From positions 104,842,001-104,906,000 of the forward strand of contig NC_042997.1 of NCBI RefSeq assembly GCF_006345805.1: a stretch of 64,000 nt of DNA, written 5' to 3'. The stretch is from Octopus sinensis. Lineage: Eukaryota. Below are positions 40,867 through 53,241 of the stretch, piece after piece. The first letter of the stretch is position 1. Each line of letters starts with the position of its first letter. The notes below the pieces were generated by a model, which searched no databases, was not told the origin of the DNA, and saw only the letters and a list, made by a program, of their open reading frames with translations. A program made the position numbers and the translations under genes.

Positions 40867-41034
40867 CCACTACACATTCTTTATTTTCTCTCCTTGTTTC
40901 TTTCTGTGTTGCTTTCTGTGGGAGAGCGTAGGCTCGAAACGTTAAATACTTTTTCACTTCCCGGCGTTAAACTAATACATCTGTTTGTTTTCCTCACCAC
41001 CTGTCTTCGTCTTTTGTTTTTGTAAATTCTCCCT
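40867..41034 (+). mobile_element. Solo pLTR-like element in (TA)n with degenerate hammerhead motif
   Basis: CTGTGGG-A-GAGC-GTAG-GCTC-GAAA-CGTT-AAA at 40916-40946. The 3' part CTAATACA..TTTGTTTTCC..CCACCTG.CTTCGTCTTTTGTTT matches the reverse complement of 49211-49278. Confidence 0.75.
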
Positions 41035-41041
41035 GTATATG

Positions 41042-41101
<60 letters not shown>

Positions 41102-42203
41102 CGAGAGATAGAGGAAGAGAAGAGAGAAGAGATTACAGTGTTTGCTTAAGTCGCTGGATGACCTACCTCGTCAAACGATTTCCGTGGAATGGAAGTATTG
41201 CGGCAAGTTTCCACTTTAAATATGCAGTAAACATTGACGTCGATTATTATACATAGTCGAGAATATGAAACGAAACGGAGATAAATTTCAACAATTCTGT
41301 TTAGATGAGATGTTAATCAAATTTAGGGAACTCAAATGTTCTCGTAATTTATTCCGGTTCAGTAATATTGTATAATATTGTATACTATTTAGTAATATTG
41401 TATTATATTGTATGCTTTAAAGCCGCGGACCGTACGGACTTTATACACTGGCTACTGCGGAGGGCTAATTGTGCCTGTGGCCCCAAACTAAAGTGATCTA
41501 AATCGCATAACTATATGTGTATAATGAATATATGCCCCAGTGGTGTTTGATCAGAGGTTAAGGACAGATGAGAATTAATTCTGTAATGCAAACGTACTAT
41601 TATTCCAGTCCCAATTTGAAATGCAACTGTTGACCGAAAGTTCTTATCTCGACGTAAAGTTAACGAAGCGAATGTCATTAATCTCCCTCTTGATCTCTGG
41701 CATGATATGACAAACGCCAACCAAGAGGGAGTGAAGCATCCAAGCTAGAAATACTAACCCATATGTTTTTAAATCAGATCTCAATGCTGGATATTCAACA
41801 ACCAAATAAAGGGCAGATTTTCAAAAAGGCATAACATGTCTATGTAGATCAAACGTAGGCTGAGATGCAGTGTAATCAGACGGCCAGACAAAATTTCGTT
41901 TTTATTATTATAGATAAGTTATAGACATATTTGCTTTTATATCACACAACGTAGTTCGTCCGCATTTGATGTAAATTTATTCGAACGAGCTCAGTGGTCA
42001 GTAATTTACAGTTTCGATAGACTCCAAATGAAAAACATGGAAGAGAGTTTCCATACTCACCATATATTATACAAGACTTATATTCAGTGTTACTGATTGG
42101 CATACATCGATCCATGCATCAGTAATCCCTAGGAAGATCTACTTGACGGCAGATTTTTCAGAGAAGAGTTTTGTCTAGTTTTTATTTAGATTAGATATTA
42201 CTA

Positions 42204-42499
42204 CCGTAAATCCTCGAGTATAATCCGCCCTTGAGTATAATACGCAAGGGATTTTTAGGGGGCTGTACCTCTGAAAGACCTAAACCTTGCGTATAATACG
42301 CACCCCTTCTCTAACTTGAATCAAGGAGGTCTATATAACGTCCTTGGTTTGTAAATGCGTCTGAATAAACATTGCCGGAGACTCGGACATTGCTTAGAAA
42401 ATAATTTTCATTTTTAACTTTGTATATAGTACGCACTAGGGATTTTGACCATTAAATTGGGGGGGGGGGGGAATGCGGATTATACTCGAGGATTTACGG
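42204..42499. mobile_element. Tc1/mariner-superfamily (Tc2/pogo-like) MITE, 296 bp, perfect 25-bp TIRs
   Basis: CCGTAAATCCTCGAGTATAATCCGC (42204-42228) and its exact reverse complement (42475-42499); TA on both sides; subterminal G(A/C)GTATAAT(C/A)CGC repeated three times. Confidence 0.93.
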
Positions 42500-43784
42500 T
42501 ATTCATTAACATATAAAACACGTGTAATGGTGATTAAATAATACCAAAAATATATTCCAATCACCTGTTTTGATTTTCAAATATATTTTCCAGTATTTTT
42601 CGACCCTAATGCATAATTCTCATAATATAACATTTACGATTTTGGAGTACTGGAATAAGCAGATGTTTTACAAGAGGAAACAGTGAGCGTTAGATTGAAT
42701 ACTTCCCAGTATATATTCCGAATCACTGTGCTCTGCATTCAGATCTCATTAAGGACATCGTTACTCTTATCAGAATCGTTAAAAAAAAGTGGAGGATGGA
42801 TTGATTGAAGATCAGTTGAGATGACACAAAAGAAGTCGCAACTCATTTCTACAGCTGATTGAAATGGAGCAGCGTGAAATAAAGTGTCTTGCTCAAGAAC
42901 CAGTGGATCGACGCACACATAAAGCTATAAATAATAGCATATGAATATTGGGTTGAAACCACTTTTGGATCGAAAAAGTCAATGGATGTCTTAGAATTAA
43001 ACACTCTAAAATAATTTCTTCAACCAAATATTTACTGTTATTTATAGTAGCTTTGTGATCTACTATTCCAAAAATGAATTATTTCACGTTCTCACGAAGA
43101 TTTATATGTTCTTTTGACATCCTCAACAACACACATACATACATAGAAACACAAACACACACGCATGTATATATGTATGCATGAATGTATGTATGCATGT
43201 ATATGTATATGCGTGTGCATATGCGTGTGTGTATATATGTGTGTATATATATATATGTGTGTGTATATATATAGACATATGTATATATACATATATATAC
43301 ACATAAATAAAGATATTATTATGAATAAACAATAATAATACTAGTTTAACCCCAGGCAGGAAGACCCAGTGTAGAGAACTAAGAGTCATATCTCAGAGTT
43401 CGAAATCACGTAAGAGGGTTATATCTGCAAATTCATTTGCGTTTTACCCCTGCAATGGTAGACTGGGGTTGTACTTGCTCCTCGATTTCGTCAGCTTCTT
43501 AACTTTTTAGTCTTGTGGCTTATTTGAATATTTTGCGACTCTTAATTCTAGCAACGTGGTACTAACTTGTACCCTAATTTATAAATTTATGTTTGTGCGT
43601 GTGTGCGCGCGCGTGCGTGCGTGTATTTACTGATAGATTATATATATACACATACATATATATGTATATATATATAAACATATACATATACATATACATA
43701 CATAATATATATATATATATAAACATATACATATACATATACATACATATATATATATATATATATAAACATATACATATACAT

Positions 43785-43838
<54 letters not shown>

Positions 43839-43872
43839 GAGTGATGGGACGTGCGGATTTATTTTCTGGCAC

Positions 43873-43916
<44 letters not shown>

Positions 43917-45514
43917 TTACTAACACATATTTTTTTTTTTCTTTTGCAAAATATTCTGAAATAAAACTAAGGCTAAGTGACACTATTTTTCGCAGGTCAA
44001 ACTTATTAATTGCATTAGGAAAACAAAGTAAACCAATTATAATTAATGAAGGACTGTATTAATGATGTATATAAACAATCGATAAGTATAGAATGCGAGG
44101 AAAAAATGAAAGGCGGAAAAAAAATTATCACGTAGGTATTATCTGCAGGTGTTCTATTCTCTTCAATGATGCTTATCAGTAATTGTATATACATCGTCAT
44201 ATTAAACAAATTGTATTATCTCGTCTATGCGTGGAGTCTTTTGATTCTAAACACCTCAACACTAGCACACATATCTACAATAGCACACACTCGTATATGG
44301 ATACATATAGTGATAGACAGATCGAATGCCAGACAGAGAGTTAGCCACATAGCGGTAAAGTTATATATACACATCAAAGTTAAAGTTCATAGATATATGC
44401 AGATATATGTGCATATCTTTCACATATGCATATATATATACATATGACCAAATATACGCATTGAAACCTCTATAGACTTCAAGTATATTCATATACATTT
44501 ATACATACTTTCATGCATATAGACATTCATATAGAAATAGATATATACAAAATCTGTCACTTCAAAGTGAAACTACAAATAGGGAGGTCCGCCCACTTGA
44601 AGTCATGTTACAATCTATAACCGCAAGCTTTCCCTCTTTCAAACGACTTAAAGGTCTAAGGACTGTAAAAGAATCATTGACCATAAAAATGTATAATTTA
44701 CCAGGTGATATGAGCAGTACTTTTGCTTCATTAACTTATCTTTTAGTATTCAGAAGACGATAGACCTATCAAATATACTGATGCACATAATTATATTGAG
44801 GTCCTTTATTGTAGAAGTCAAGCTCTCCACTAAGCTTCTTTTGCGGCCGGATTTCAATTCTTGATTGAAGTCATTTTGATTCACTTATGTCACTATCTTC
44901 GAGGTGGGAATATATTACATATGCTAAGTTCTAGCCCCTCCCCGTCATATCTACAGGATTCAGTTTGGTTTACAGAATAACTTAAGCGTTCACTGAAGGT
45001 TTGTAACCAGCTGACGCATTGTATACGTTTTGACAACGACGACGACGACAATGATGATAATAATGATGAAGAAGCGGAAGTATAGGTTGATGATGATGAT
45101 GATATGGAGGAGGGGGGAGAGGAGGGGATGATAATGAAGTCGATTAATTAAAATTTACGTAATACAAAAGAGATATACTTCTAATAGTGGATACAATAGA
45201 CAATAAATGGAATGGGTTGGTATTAGTGTCCCGAGACCTTGCTCACCTCGATAACTTAAACTCATTATCGGAAGCTTGTTGATCAACTAATTAATTAATT
45301 ATGGAGATTAATGGCAGTTGATTTAGGTGCCTTATGTGATCCTCGATTACAAGTGAGATCTGAGTCAAACTCGACATATGAACTCATTATGTATTTTGTC
45401 ATTATCAGGCCATCTTCAATCGATTTTCAACTGTGATTCCCAGTTCGATTTTACTGCGCCTTGGGAAAAAGCCTGCTACCATAGCTCTGGGCCAAACAAT
45501 AACTTGTAGGTGAA

Positions 45515-45658
45515 TTTGATACACAGAATTTGTTTCTGTCAAAGTGCGTAGGCTCGAAACATAAAATACTTTCATGTTATTCCCGAGCGTTACATTAATA
45601 CACCGTGTTGTTCTTCCTACACTCATCTTCGTCTTTGTTTTTTCTATAAATTTGAACT
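45515..45658 (+). mobile_element. Decayed solo pLTR-like element with eroded hammerhead motif
   Basis: CTGTCAA-A-GTGC-GTAG-GCTC-GAAA-CATA-AAA at 45536-45566, followed by the same downstream block, ending at (CA)n. Confidence 0.65.
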
Positions 45659-46335
45659 GTACACATACACACACACACACACACACAGACACACACACAC
45701 ACACATATATATATATGTAAATATATACGTATATTATTTTATGCTCTTTCTTTTACTTGTTTCATTCATCAAACTGGCAATGCTGGAGCAAAATAGAAAG
45801 TTTGTGATATTGGTGATTTTGTAGAGCCGTCTGAGCGTTAGCTTTAATTACCTCCCAGTATATTCCGAATCAACTTCACCCTTATCGGAATCGATTAAGT
45901 AGAGGAACCAGTCCAGAAGGATGAATTGATAGAACTCTTAAAAAGTTCAGGTGAGATGTCCTGCAGTGTCCATTCCACATCTTTCTAAACTACAATGGAA
46001 AAGTTACTTTTTGTTGAGTGGTAAACGAAGCGTAACAAAATCGTTATCAATATAAATTAATTCCCGTATGTGAAGCTAGAAGGTACTGAAAAACTAGAAG
46101 GTAGTGTTTTCGTCCGACTAAATCCATTTATAGACGCATCGTATTAAAAATTAAAACAATATACTCTTGAGCTAGGCGAAACGAAATCGCTCAGATTTGA
46201 ACACGAGAGTAAAAAATACGTAGTTCGTTGTTTTTGTGGCTATCAATGTCAGGTATGTCACATCGGAAACGAAATCGACTCTGAAGTATATAGTAATATA
46301 ATCTGAAGTATATAGTAATAGTATATAAACCATAC

Positions 46336-46595
46336 GTTGGAGACGCGTGGCTTAGTGGTTAGGGTGTCAGCACCATGATCGTAATATTGTGGTTTCGATT
46401 CCTGGACCGGGCGACGCGTTGTGTTCTTGAGCAACACACTTCATTTCACGTTGTTCCAGTCCACTCAGCTGGCAAAAATGAGTAACGCTGCGATGGACTG
46501 GCGTCCTGTCCAGCTGGGGAATACATAGGCCATAGAAACCTGGAAACCGGTACATGAGGCTGGCTAGGCTTTAAAAAGGGCGCATTTATTTTATT
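46336..46595 (+). mobile_element. Full-length tRNA-derived SINE (family D body plus GCGATGGACTGGCG tail) with perfect 14-bp TSD
   Basis: TATATAAACCATAC at 46322-46335 and 46596-46609; head TGGCTTAGTGG...GGTTTCGATTCC. Confidence 0.92.
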
Positions 46596-47182
46596 TATAT
46601 AAACCATACAGTGGTTTGTAAAGACACATCCGTAAAGGGATTTTTCCCGGATCAAAACTGTAGCTTCAGGTTGCTCAGTAACACACATACTTTAAGAATG
46701 TTATATACAGTTTTGATTAGAGAGCTGCTGGAAAAGCATAATTTCAAAATATAACTGTTTATGATAAATAGTTTAACGATTTTCAAGCAAAGAATGGATA
46801 ACAGTTATTATTCAAATTTGAATACATATATTACCTTATGCGTCCTTGGGAAGTAAACCTTTAATTTATACCTTATGCTAGCTTAAAATGCGATTTGCGA
46901 AGTATTATTAACCATTATACTATAATGTAAATAGCGACTGTGTATGTTTGCAATGATAAGTGAAATTAAATCATTAGTTGTAATTCTAAAGGATTTTGCT
47001 ATATAATTTTTTATTATATTATATTGAAAATTAATAATTTTACGCTTGAAGTGGCTCAAAAAAATCTATTGGAAACAGAACAAAATGGGTATTAAGCATG
47101 AGTATTAGTTGGAAATTGTTTTTGAGGATTAATTTTTATGTCTGGAATTTTCTGGTAATTAAGCTTACAAATGTATGATATA

Positions 47183-47662
47183 CAGGGTGCGGCAGAAGTA
47201 ACGGCCTTTTTGCATTTAATAACCTTTATTATTTCTGTTGCTGTTCCCTGGCTCATATGGACTGGTTTTCTCGGTTTCATTGGCGTATAGGTTCCCCACC
47301 CGGACCGGCGGCCCGCCAGTCATTCACAGATGAGCTGCTAGATGCAGGAGGAAATAGTGAGAGAAAGTTGTGGCGAAAGAGTTGGCAGAAGTTCGCCATT
47401 ACCTTCTGCCGGAGCCACACACATCGCCCGGTCTGAGATTTGAATCCGTGATCCCTCGATCGAGAGTCCGCTGCTCTAACCACCAAGCCATATGCTCTAC
47501 AACTTTTATTAAGTAATTTTTTATTGGACAGAAATTTATTGCTTTACTTAAAGAAACAATAAACTAATAAAAAAAATCGCAGAAGTTTTAGGATATAAAA
47601 AGAAAACTCAATAAGAAACTAGAAAACTCAAATATAAAGAGCGTTACTTCTGCCGCACTCTG
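47183..47662. mobile_element. Tc1/mariner MITE (21-bp TIRs, TA TSD) carrying an inserted SINE
   Basis: TA-CAGGGTGCGGCAGAAGTAACG ... CGTTACTTCTGCCGCACTCTG-TA (1 mismatch). Confidence 0.88.
47232..47497 (-). mobile_element. tRNA-derived SINE (family C body) nested in the MITE
   Basis: TGGCTTGGTGGTTAGAGC...GGATTCAAATCTC head; imperfect 11-bp TSD AACCTTTATTA (47221) / AACTTTTATTA (47501). Confidence 0.85.
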
Positions 47663-48139
47663 TATATTAGATAGAAATAGATGCTTTATGACAATATAAT
47701 GGTTAGGATTGTAGGCTCACGGTTGTAAGTTTGTGGATTCGAATCTTGGACTGACTTGCGCGTTGTCCTTACACAAACCACTGCATTTCACTTTGTTCCT
47801 GTCTACTCAGCTGAAAATATTGAGTCTGGTGCTCAGGCAGTTAACCTTCCCTCCGTCCAGTTATCAAATCCTAGATATAGATGAAAACAATAAAGGAATA
47901 ATGTGGAGAATTTCTAACAATGCCCAGAAATAATTTAATGCTTTATATTTAAATCTCCGACCACCATAGGAAAAAGCGTTTAAGAAATTATCTAACACCT
48001 AAGATCGTCATTTCCCATCTTAGGCGAAAAACAAGACAGCCATATATAGATTCTGATAATTCATTAACTGCTTTTAGGTTGGTAGGTGGAGATTAACACA
48101 AGTAATATAACAAATTAATAAATTAATACTTCTCTTTTC

Positions 48140-48250
48140 GATTTGTCCTCCGACTTCCACCTGTTCAGGCCCTTGAGGGATAGTGTTCGAGGACATGGTT
48201 TTCCTGATACAGGAAATGGTTATGAAAAAGTGAAGAGTTTGTTACAGTAT
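48140..48250 (+). mobile_element. Small mariner transposase fragment around the third catalytic Asp
   Basis: SSDFHLFRPLRDSVRGHGF resembles PSDFHLF.PLK..LRG..F. Confidence 0.55.
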
Positions 48251-48573
48251 CTGAACTTTTTCAACGAGAACTCAAGAGCTGAGTTCAACCACAGTGCAAA
48301 TACATTTCTTTTGATGGAGATTATGTTTAGTTGTTCCGTTGTATAGAAACACAGTTACTCACCAATCCATACATTTAGAACAACTTTTGTCAGTTAATAA
48401 ACCAGTCATCCTCCGCCTCCAGTGATGCATTGTGACCACAGCCCAGTTGTGCACCTGTGTTACATGTCGTGGCTCGTCTGTCCGCACGAATCAATTCATG
48501 CGTTCGCTGGTGATGTATGTCAGTGGTCGCAGCTGATAATTTATCATTGATGTTGGTTCCCTGATCGTATAGG

Positions 48574-48626
<53 letters not shown>

Positions 48627-49036
48627 AGATAAATAGATAATCATATGTATATAATATGCATTCAGATACATACGCATGCGCGCGCACTCCCACATACATA
48701 CATACATACATACACACAGATATATACATACATGCATATTCATATAACTGTATATGTGATATATCATAACAATATATATATTTAAATATTGTCGCTTCAA
48801 ATCCATAGAATATATATTATTGTGATATATCCTTATGCAGTTATTATTATACTATTAGTCTTCCGTAGTAGCTTTCTCTCCGTAACTTACAAGGCCTTTC
48901 TAGTTTGTTTACAAATATTATGTGTAGTGTAAGCGGAAAGCAGGTATATCAGTGTGCAAAGGAGTTCGCTTGCCCACCACATTTTTTTGGGCTCACTCCT
49001 ACTGTCTGGCACCTTGGGCTAGTGTCTTCCACTATA

Positions 49037-49180
49037 GGCGCAGGAGTGGCTCTTTGGTAAGTAGCTTGCTTGCCAACCATATGGTCCCGAATTCAGTACC
49101 ACTGCGTGGCATCCTGGGCAAGTGTCTTCTAGTATAGCCGCGAGCCGGATTTGGTAGACGGAAACTGAAAGAAGCCTGTC

Positions 49181-49190
<10 letters not shown>
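49037..49190 (+). mobile_element. 5' half of a family B SINE split by the Penelope-like element; preceded by an older family B head (48940-49036)
   Basis: GGCGCAGGAGTGGC...GGAAACTGAAAGAAGCCTGTCG then (TA)n; the 3' half resumes at 51814. Confidence 0.88.
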
Positions 49191-49206
<16 letters not shown>

Positions 49207-49212
<6 letters not shown>

Positions 49213-49580
49213 CGGGAAGCTTTATGAAAATAAACAAAAGACGAAGGCAGGTGGAAAACAAACGAACAATTGTATTAGTATGGCGCTCAGGAAATATAAA
49301 TAAAAGAAGTCTTTAACGTTTCGAGCCTACGCTCTTCAACAGAAAGATACACAGAGAGAGAAAAACACAGAAAGAAGGAGAGATAAAAAATGCGTGCAGT
49401 AGCTAACGAATCAACATGGCGATCTGATTTCGGCCAGAGGTCAAAGATCAAACATGAGACGCGAGAGAGAAATAAGGGGAGATAATAGGGCTGATAAAAT
49501 GGTTGAGGGACCAGCTAAAAGTGCGTGGGAGGGGTCTGCATGTGTGTATGTATAGGGTTGGTGTATGTATTAGTATGTAT

Positions 49581-49629
<49 letters not shown>

Positions 49630-49777
49630 AGAGAGTATTAGTGCGTAAGATTGGTCTGGACGTGCGTATGTATGGGGTTGGTGTATGTATTAGTATGTAT
49701 TAGTACGTATTGGTATGTATAGGTATGTGTGTGTGTGTGTGAGAGAGTATAAGTGCGTATGCGGGGTCTGGACGTGT
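49207..49777 (-). repeat. 3' pseudo-LTR (about 570 bp)
   Basis: Near-identical to 51237-51813: about 8-9 point differences plus microsatellite indels, counted by eye. Confidence 0.95.
49310..49347 (-). ncRNA. Minimal hammerhead ribozyme motif in the 3' pLTR (A6U core variant)
   Basis: UCUUU-CUGUUGA-A-GAGC-GUAG-GCUC-GAA-ACGU-U-AAAGA: 5-bp stem I, 4-bp stem II, palindromic helix III; same strand as the RT. Confidence 0.7.
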
Positions 49778-49894
49778 GTATGTATAGGGTTGGTGTAAGT
49801 ATTAGTATGTACTAGTATGTATTAGTACGTATTAGTATGTATTAGTTGGTGTGTGTATTAGTATGGCACATCATATGTGATGTGATGTGTAAAG

Positions 49895-51237
49895 TCATGT
49901 GGTGTAGTGAGGAGAAGAGGGGGAGGGGGAGAAGAGGGGTTGGGAGGTAGGGTCAGGGAAGGAGCTATGGACCAAAAGGTCTCGAAGGTTGTGGGCTCGT
50001 TTGAAAGAGGGGAGGGGTCGGTTAGGGAAGAGGTGTGAAGTGGACGGGTCGGACTGGAGATGACGGAAAGCTCGAAGAATGGTGCGTTGGAGACGTAGGG
50101 TCGTGGGGTGGTAAGTGAGGGGAAAAGGGAGGCGGGAGACAACAGGGCGGGTTCGGGGAGAGAGAGCAGATACACGGTCCACGGACCGTGCTCTGGCAAG
50201 GGCGGTGTGGATAGTGGTGAGGGGGTATCCACGTAGGGTGAAGTGGTGAGCCATACGTTGAGACTGAGTCTCAAAGTCATGGTCGTCACTACAGAGCCTA
50301 CGTAGACGGAGGAATTGGGAATAGGGGATGGAAAGCTTGGTGTGTTCTGGGTGGGAGGAAGAGAAGTTGAGGTATGAGTGTGAGTCTGTGTGTTTGTAGT
50401 GAATGGAGGTGGTAAGAGTGGAGTGAAGAATGCTAACCGAAATGTCGAGGAAGGAGACAGAGGTTTTGGAGATAGTGGAAGTGAAGTGGAGGGCTGGATG
50501 GAAAGATTGGACGAAAGAGAGGAAGGAATCTAGATGTTCGCGGGAGTGAGGTGGCACCGATAATGTCGTCAATATAACGACCATATAGTTCAGGAGTGGG
50601 ACCAGTGAAATTAGAGAATATTTGGGCCTCAACATAGCCAACGAACAGGTTCGCATAGTTGGGGCCCATTCGCGTTCCCATGGCCACTCCTGAGACCTGA
50701 TGGTAGAACTCGCCCGCGAACGAGAAGCAGTTCAGAGTAAGGACAAGTTCGGCCAGACGAATGAGTGTGGAGGTGTCAGGTACAGGGTTAGAGCGGAGGT
50801 CAAGAAAGTGTCGAAGGGCCTGTAGTCCTTCGTGGTGAGGGATAACAGTATAGAGGCTTTGGATGTCCATAGTAAAAAGGATTTTGGAGGAGCCGGGAGG
50901 AAAGGAGAAAGAGTTGAAAAGCCGGAGAGCATGGTTGGTATCGTGGATGTGGGAGGGAAGAGATGCCACTAGGGGGGGCAAGGACACGGTCGAGGTATTT
51001 AGAGATGAGCTCCGTGGGGCAGTTACAGGCGGAGACGATGGGGCGGCCAGGGTTGTTGGGTTTGTGGATTTTGGGGAGGAAGTAAATGGTGGGGGTACGT
51101 GGGGTTCGCACAATTAGGTTGGATGCGGTGCGGGGGAGACGGGAGGACGAGATGAGGTCTTGGACGGTAGAGGATACCGTCTGTTGGTAGCTACATGTGG
51201 GGTTAGAGGGCAGAGGGGAATAGAAGGAGGTGTTACA
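49895..51237 (-). pseudogene. Penelope-like (Neptune-type) reverse transcriptase with two frameshifts (G7 run 50972-50978 and ~50555)
   Basis: YFLPKIHK, PGRPIVS, TMDIQSLYTVIPH, QVSGVAMGTRMGPNYANLF, RYIDD, FLDI, SSHPEH..SIPYSQFLRLRRLCS, RGYP, NLRDLLVHS. No in-frame stop seen in the stitched reading until after NLRD. Confidence 0.95.
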
Positions 51238-51812
51238 TATAACGGGAAGCTTTATGAAAATAAACAAAAGACGAAGGCAGGTGGAAAACAAACGAACAAT
51301 TGTATTAGTATGGCGCTCAGGAAATATAAATAAAACAAGTCTTTAACGTTTCGAGCCTACGCTCTTCAACAGAAAGATACACAGAGAGAGAAAAACACAG
51401 AAAGAAGGAGAGAAAAAAAATGCGTGCAGTAGCTAACGAATCAACATGGCGATCTGATTTCGGCCAGAGGTCAAAGATCAAACATGAGACGCGAGAGCGA
51501 AATAAGGGGAGATAATAGGGTTGATAAAAGGGTTGAGGGACCAGCTAAAAGTGCGTGGGAGGGTCTGGATGTGTGTATGTATAGGGTTGGTGTATGTATT
51601 AGTATGTATAAGGGTGTGTGGTGTGTGTGTGTGTGTGTGTGTATGAGAGAGTATTAGTGCGCAAGATTGGTCTGGACATGCGTATGTATGGGGTTGGTGT
51701 ATGTATTAGTATGTATTAGTATGTATTAGTATGTATTAGTACGTATTGGTATGTATAGGTATGTGTGTGTGTGTGTGAGAGAGTATAAGTGCGTATGCGG
51801 GGTCTGGACGTG

Positions 51813-51813
<1 letters not shown>
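51237..51813 (-). repeat. 5' pseudo-LTR (about 577 bp)
   Basis: Direct repeat of 49207-49777. Confidence 0.95.
51340..51377 (-). ncRNA. Minimal hammerhead ribozyme motif in the 5' pLTR (A6U core variant)
   Basis: Identical to 49310-49347. Confidence 0.7.
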
Positions 51814-51873
<60 letters not shown>

Positions 51874-52071
51874 CTGTGATTTTCCTCACCATTGCTTGAC
51901 AACCGATGTTTTGGTATTTACGTCCCTGTAACTTAGCGGTTCGGCAAAAGAGACCGATAGAATAAGTAGTAGGCTTACAAAGAATAAGTCCTGGGTTCGA
52001 TTTGTTCGACAAAAGGCGATGCTCCAGCATGGCCGCCGTCAAATGACTGAAATAAATAAAAGAATAAAAGA
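51814..52071 (+). mobile_element. 3' half of the family B SINE split by the Penelope-like element
   Basis: (TA)n(TG)n, then GCTTGACAACCGATG...GGTTCGGCAAAAGAGACCGATAG...GTCAAATGACTGAAA. Confidence 0.88.
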
Positions 52072-52088
52072 ATATATATATGTGTATA

Positions 52089-52164
<76 letters not shown>

Positions 52165-52213
52165 CAGACAGACAGACAGATTGATAGATAGATAGATAGA
52201 TATACATATATGC

Positions 52214-52247
<34 letters not shown>

Positions 52248-53004
52248 CCCCGCATGATGAATTAGTTCCGTCAATGAAATAGAGCAACAAAATTATGATG
52301 CCAAAGTTACTGGCATCTTCCTGAAACCGCTACAAAATATGAGCGTACAGGTTTTATCTGAGGACAAATCGTTGCGAAAGCATTTTTGGTTCATTGTTGA
52401 GTCACAGTCAGATGTGATTGGTAGGGTATGCTAAGTGGGAGGATGTCGGACGACTCTCAAACGACTCTTTAAACCGCACTTGAATTCGGAGAGAGTTAAT
52501 AACATTAAAAAAAATCTCAATACTACATAAAATACCAGCTAAAAGTTTTATAAAAAAGATATATAAGATTTCGATACGGAAAAAGCAGGAGATAAACTGA
52601 AATGGTAAACAATATTCTGTGATGAAGGTATACAATGTGTTTGAGAACGGTCGGATTTAATCTAGACGAACTCATATGTAGTTTGCTAATTCCGAAGCTA
52701 ATTCCGAAATTGACTCGATGTCTAAAAAACTTATAATGTAGAAAGTAAGAAAAGTAAGAAAACTTTGAATGTAAGGTCAACCCATAAAATCTCAGTAACA
52801 CTTATATGTCTCCAAAACACTACGTGTGCAATGTACACCGAAGTATGTAAGTTCAAGTTTGAGGTACAAAGACATATGATAGTACATTAAAATGCCGTTC
52901 AATGGATAGCTCCAATACATGCTACAGAGATTTCCTAAGCCACTTCAAAGCACCATACCCGTATGGCAGTCACCAGGTATTGACTGCATAGTAAATAATT
53001 GTGA

Positions 53005-53154
53005 CTGTGTTGTAAGTAGCTTGCTTACCAAGTACATGGTTCCGTGTTCAGCCCCACTGCGTGGCACCATGGGCAAACGTTCTCTGGTATAGCCTCAGGT
53101 CGACCAAAGTCTTGTGAGTGGATATGATAGACGGAAACTGAAAGAAGCCTGTTG

Positions 53155-53160
<6 letters not shown>
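53005..53160 (+). mobile_element. 5' half of a family B SINE; matching 3' half at ~54250-54450
   Basis: GTAAGTAGCTTGCTTACCAA...GGAAACTGAAAGAAGCC followed by microsatellite. Confidence 0.8.
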
Positions 53161-53232
<72 letters not shown>

Positions 53233-53241
53233 GTGTGTGTA

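Larger units (their letters stand above)
49207..51813 (-). mobile_element. Penelope-like retroelement: pLTR - 5'-truncated RT - pLTR, no GIY-YIG endonuclease visible
   Basis: Direct repeats 49207-49777 and 51237-51813 flank an RT with PLE motifs; (TA)n on both outer sides. Confidence 0.93.

Noticed and set aside
46339-46420. tRNA-like sequences (here and at 3700-3747, 8494, 47440-47497 and others)
   Set aside because: A/B-box heads run straight into SINE bodies with TSDs; no complete cloverleaf. Called as SINEs, not tRNA genes.
49780-49900. Telomere-like repeats that might explain an endonuclease-less PLE
   Set aside because: Repeats are TATTAGTATG-type, not (TTAGGG)n; no telomeric array is visible in the window.
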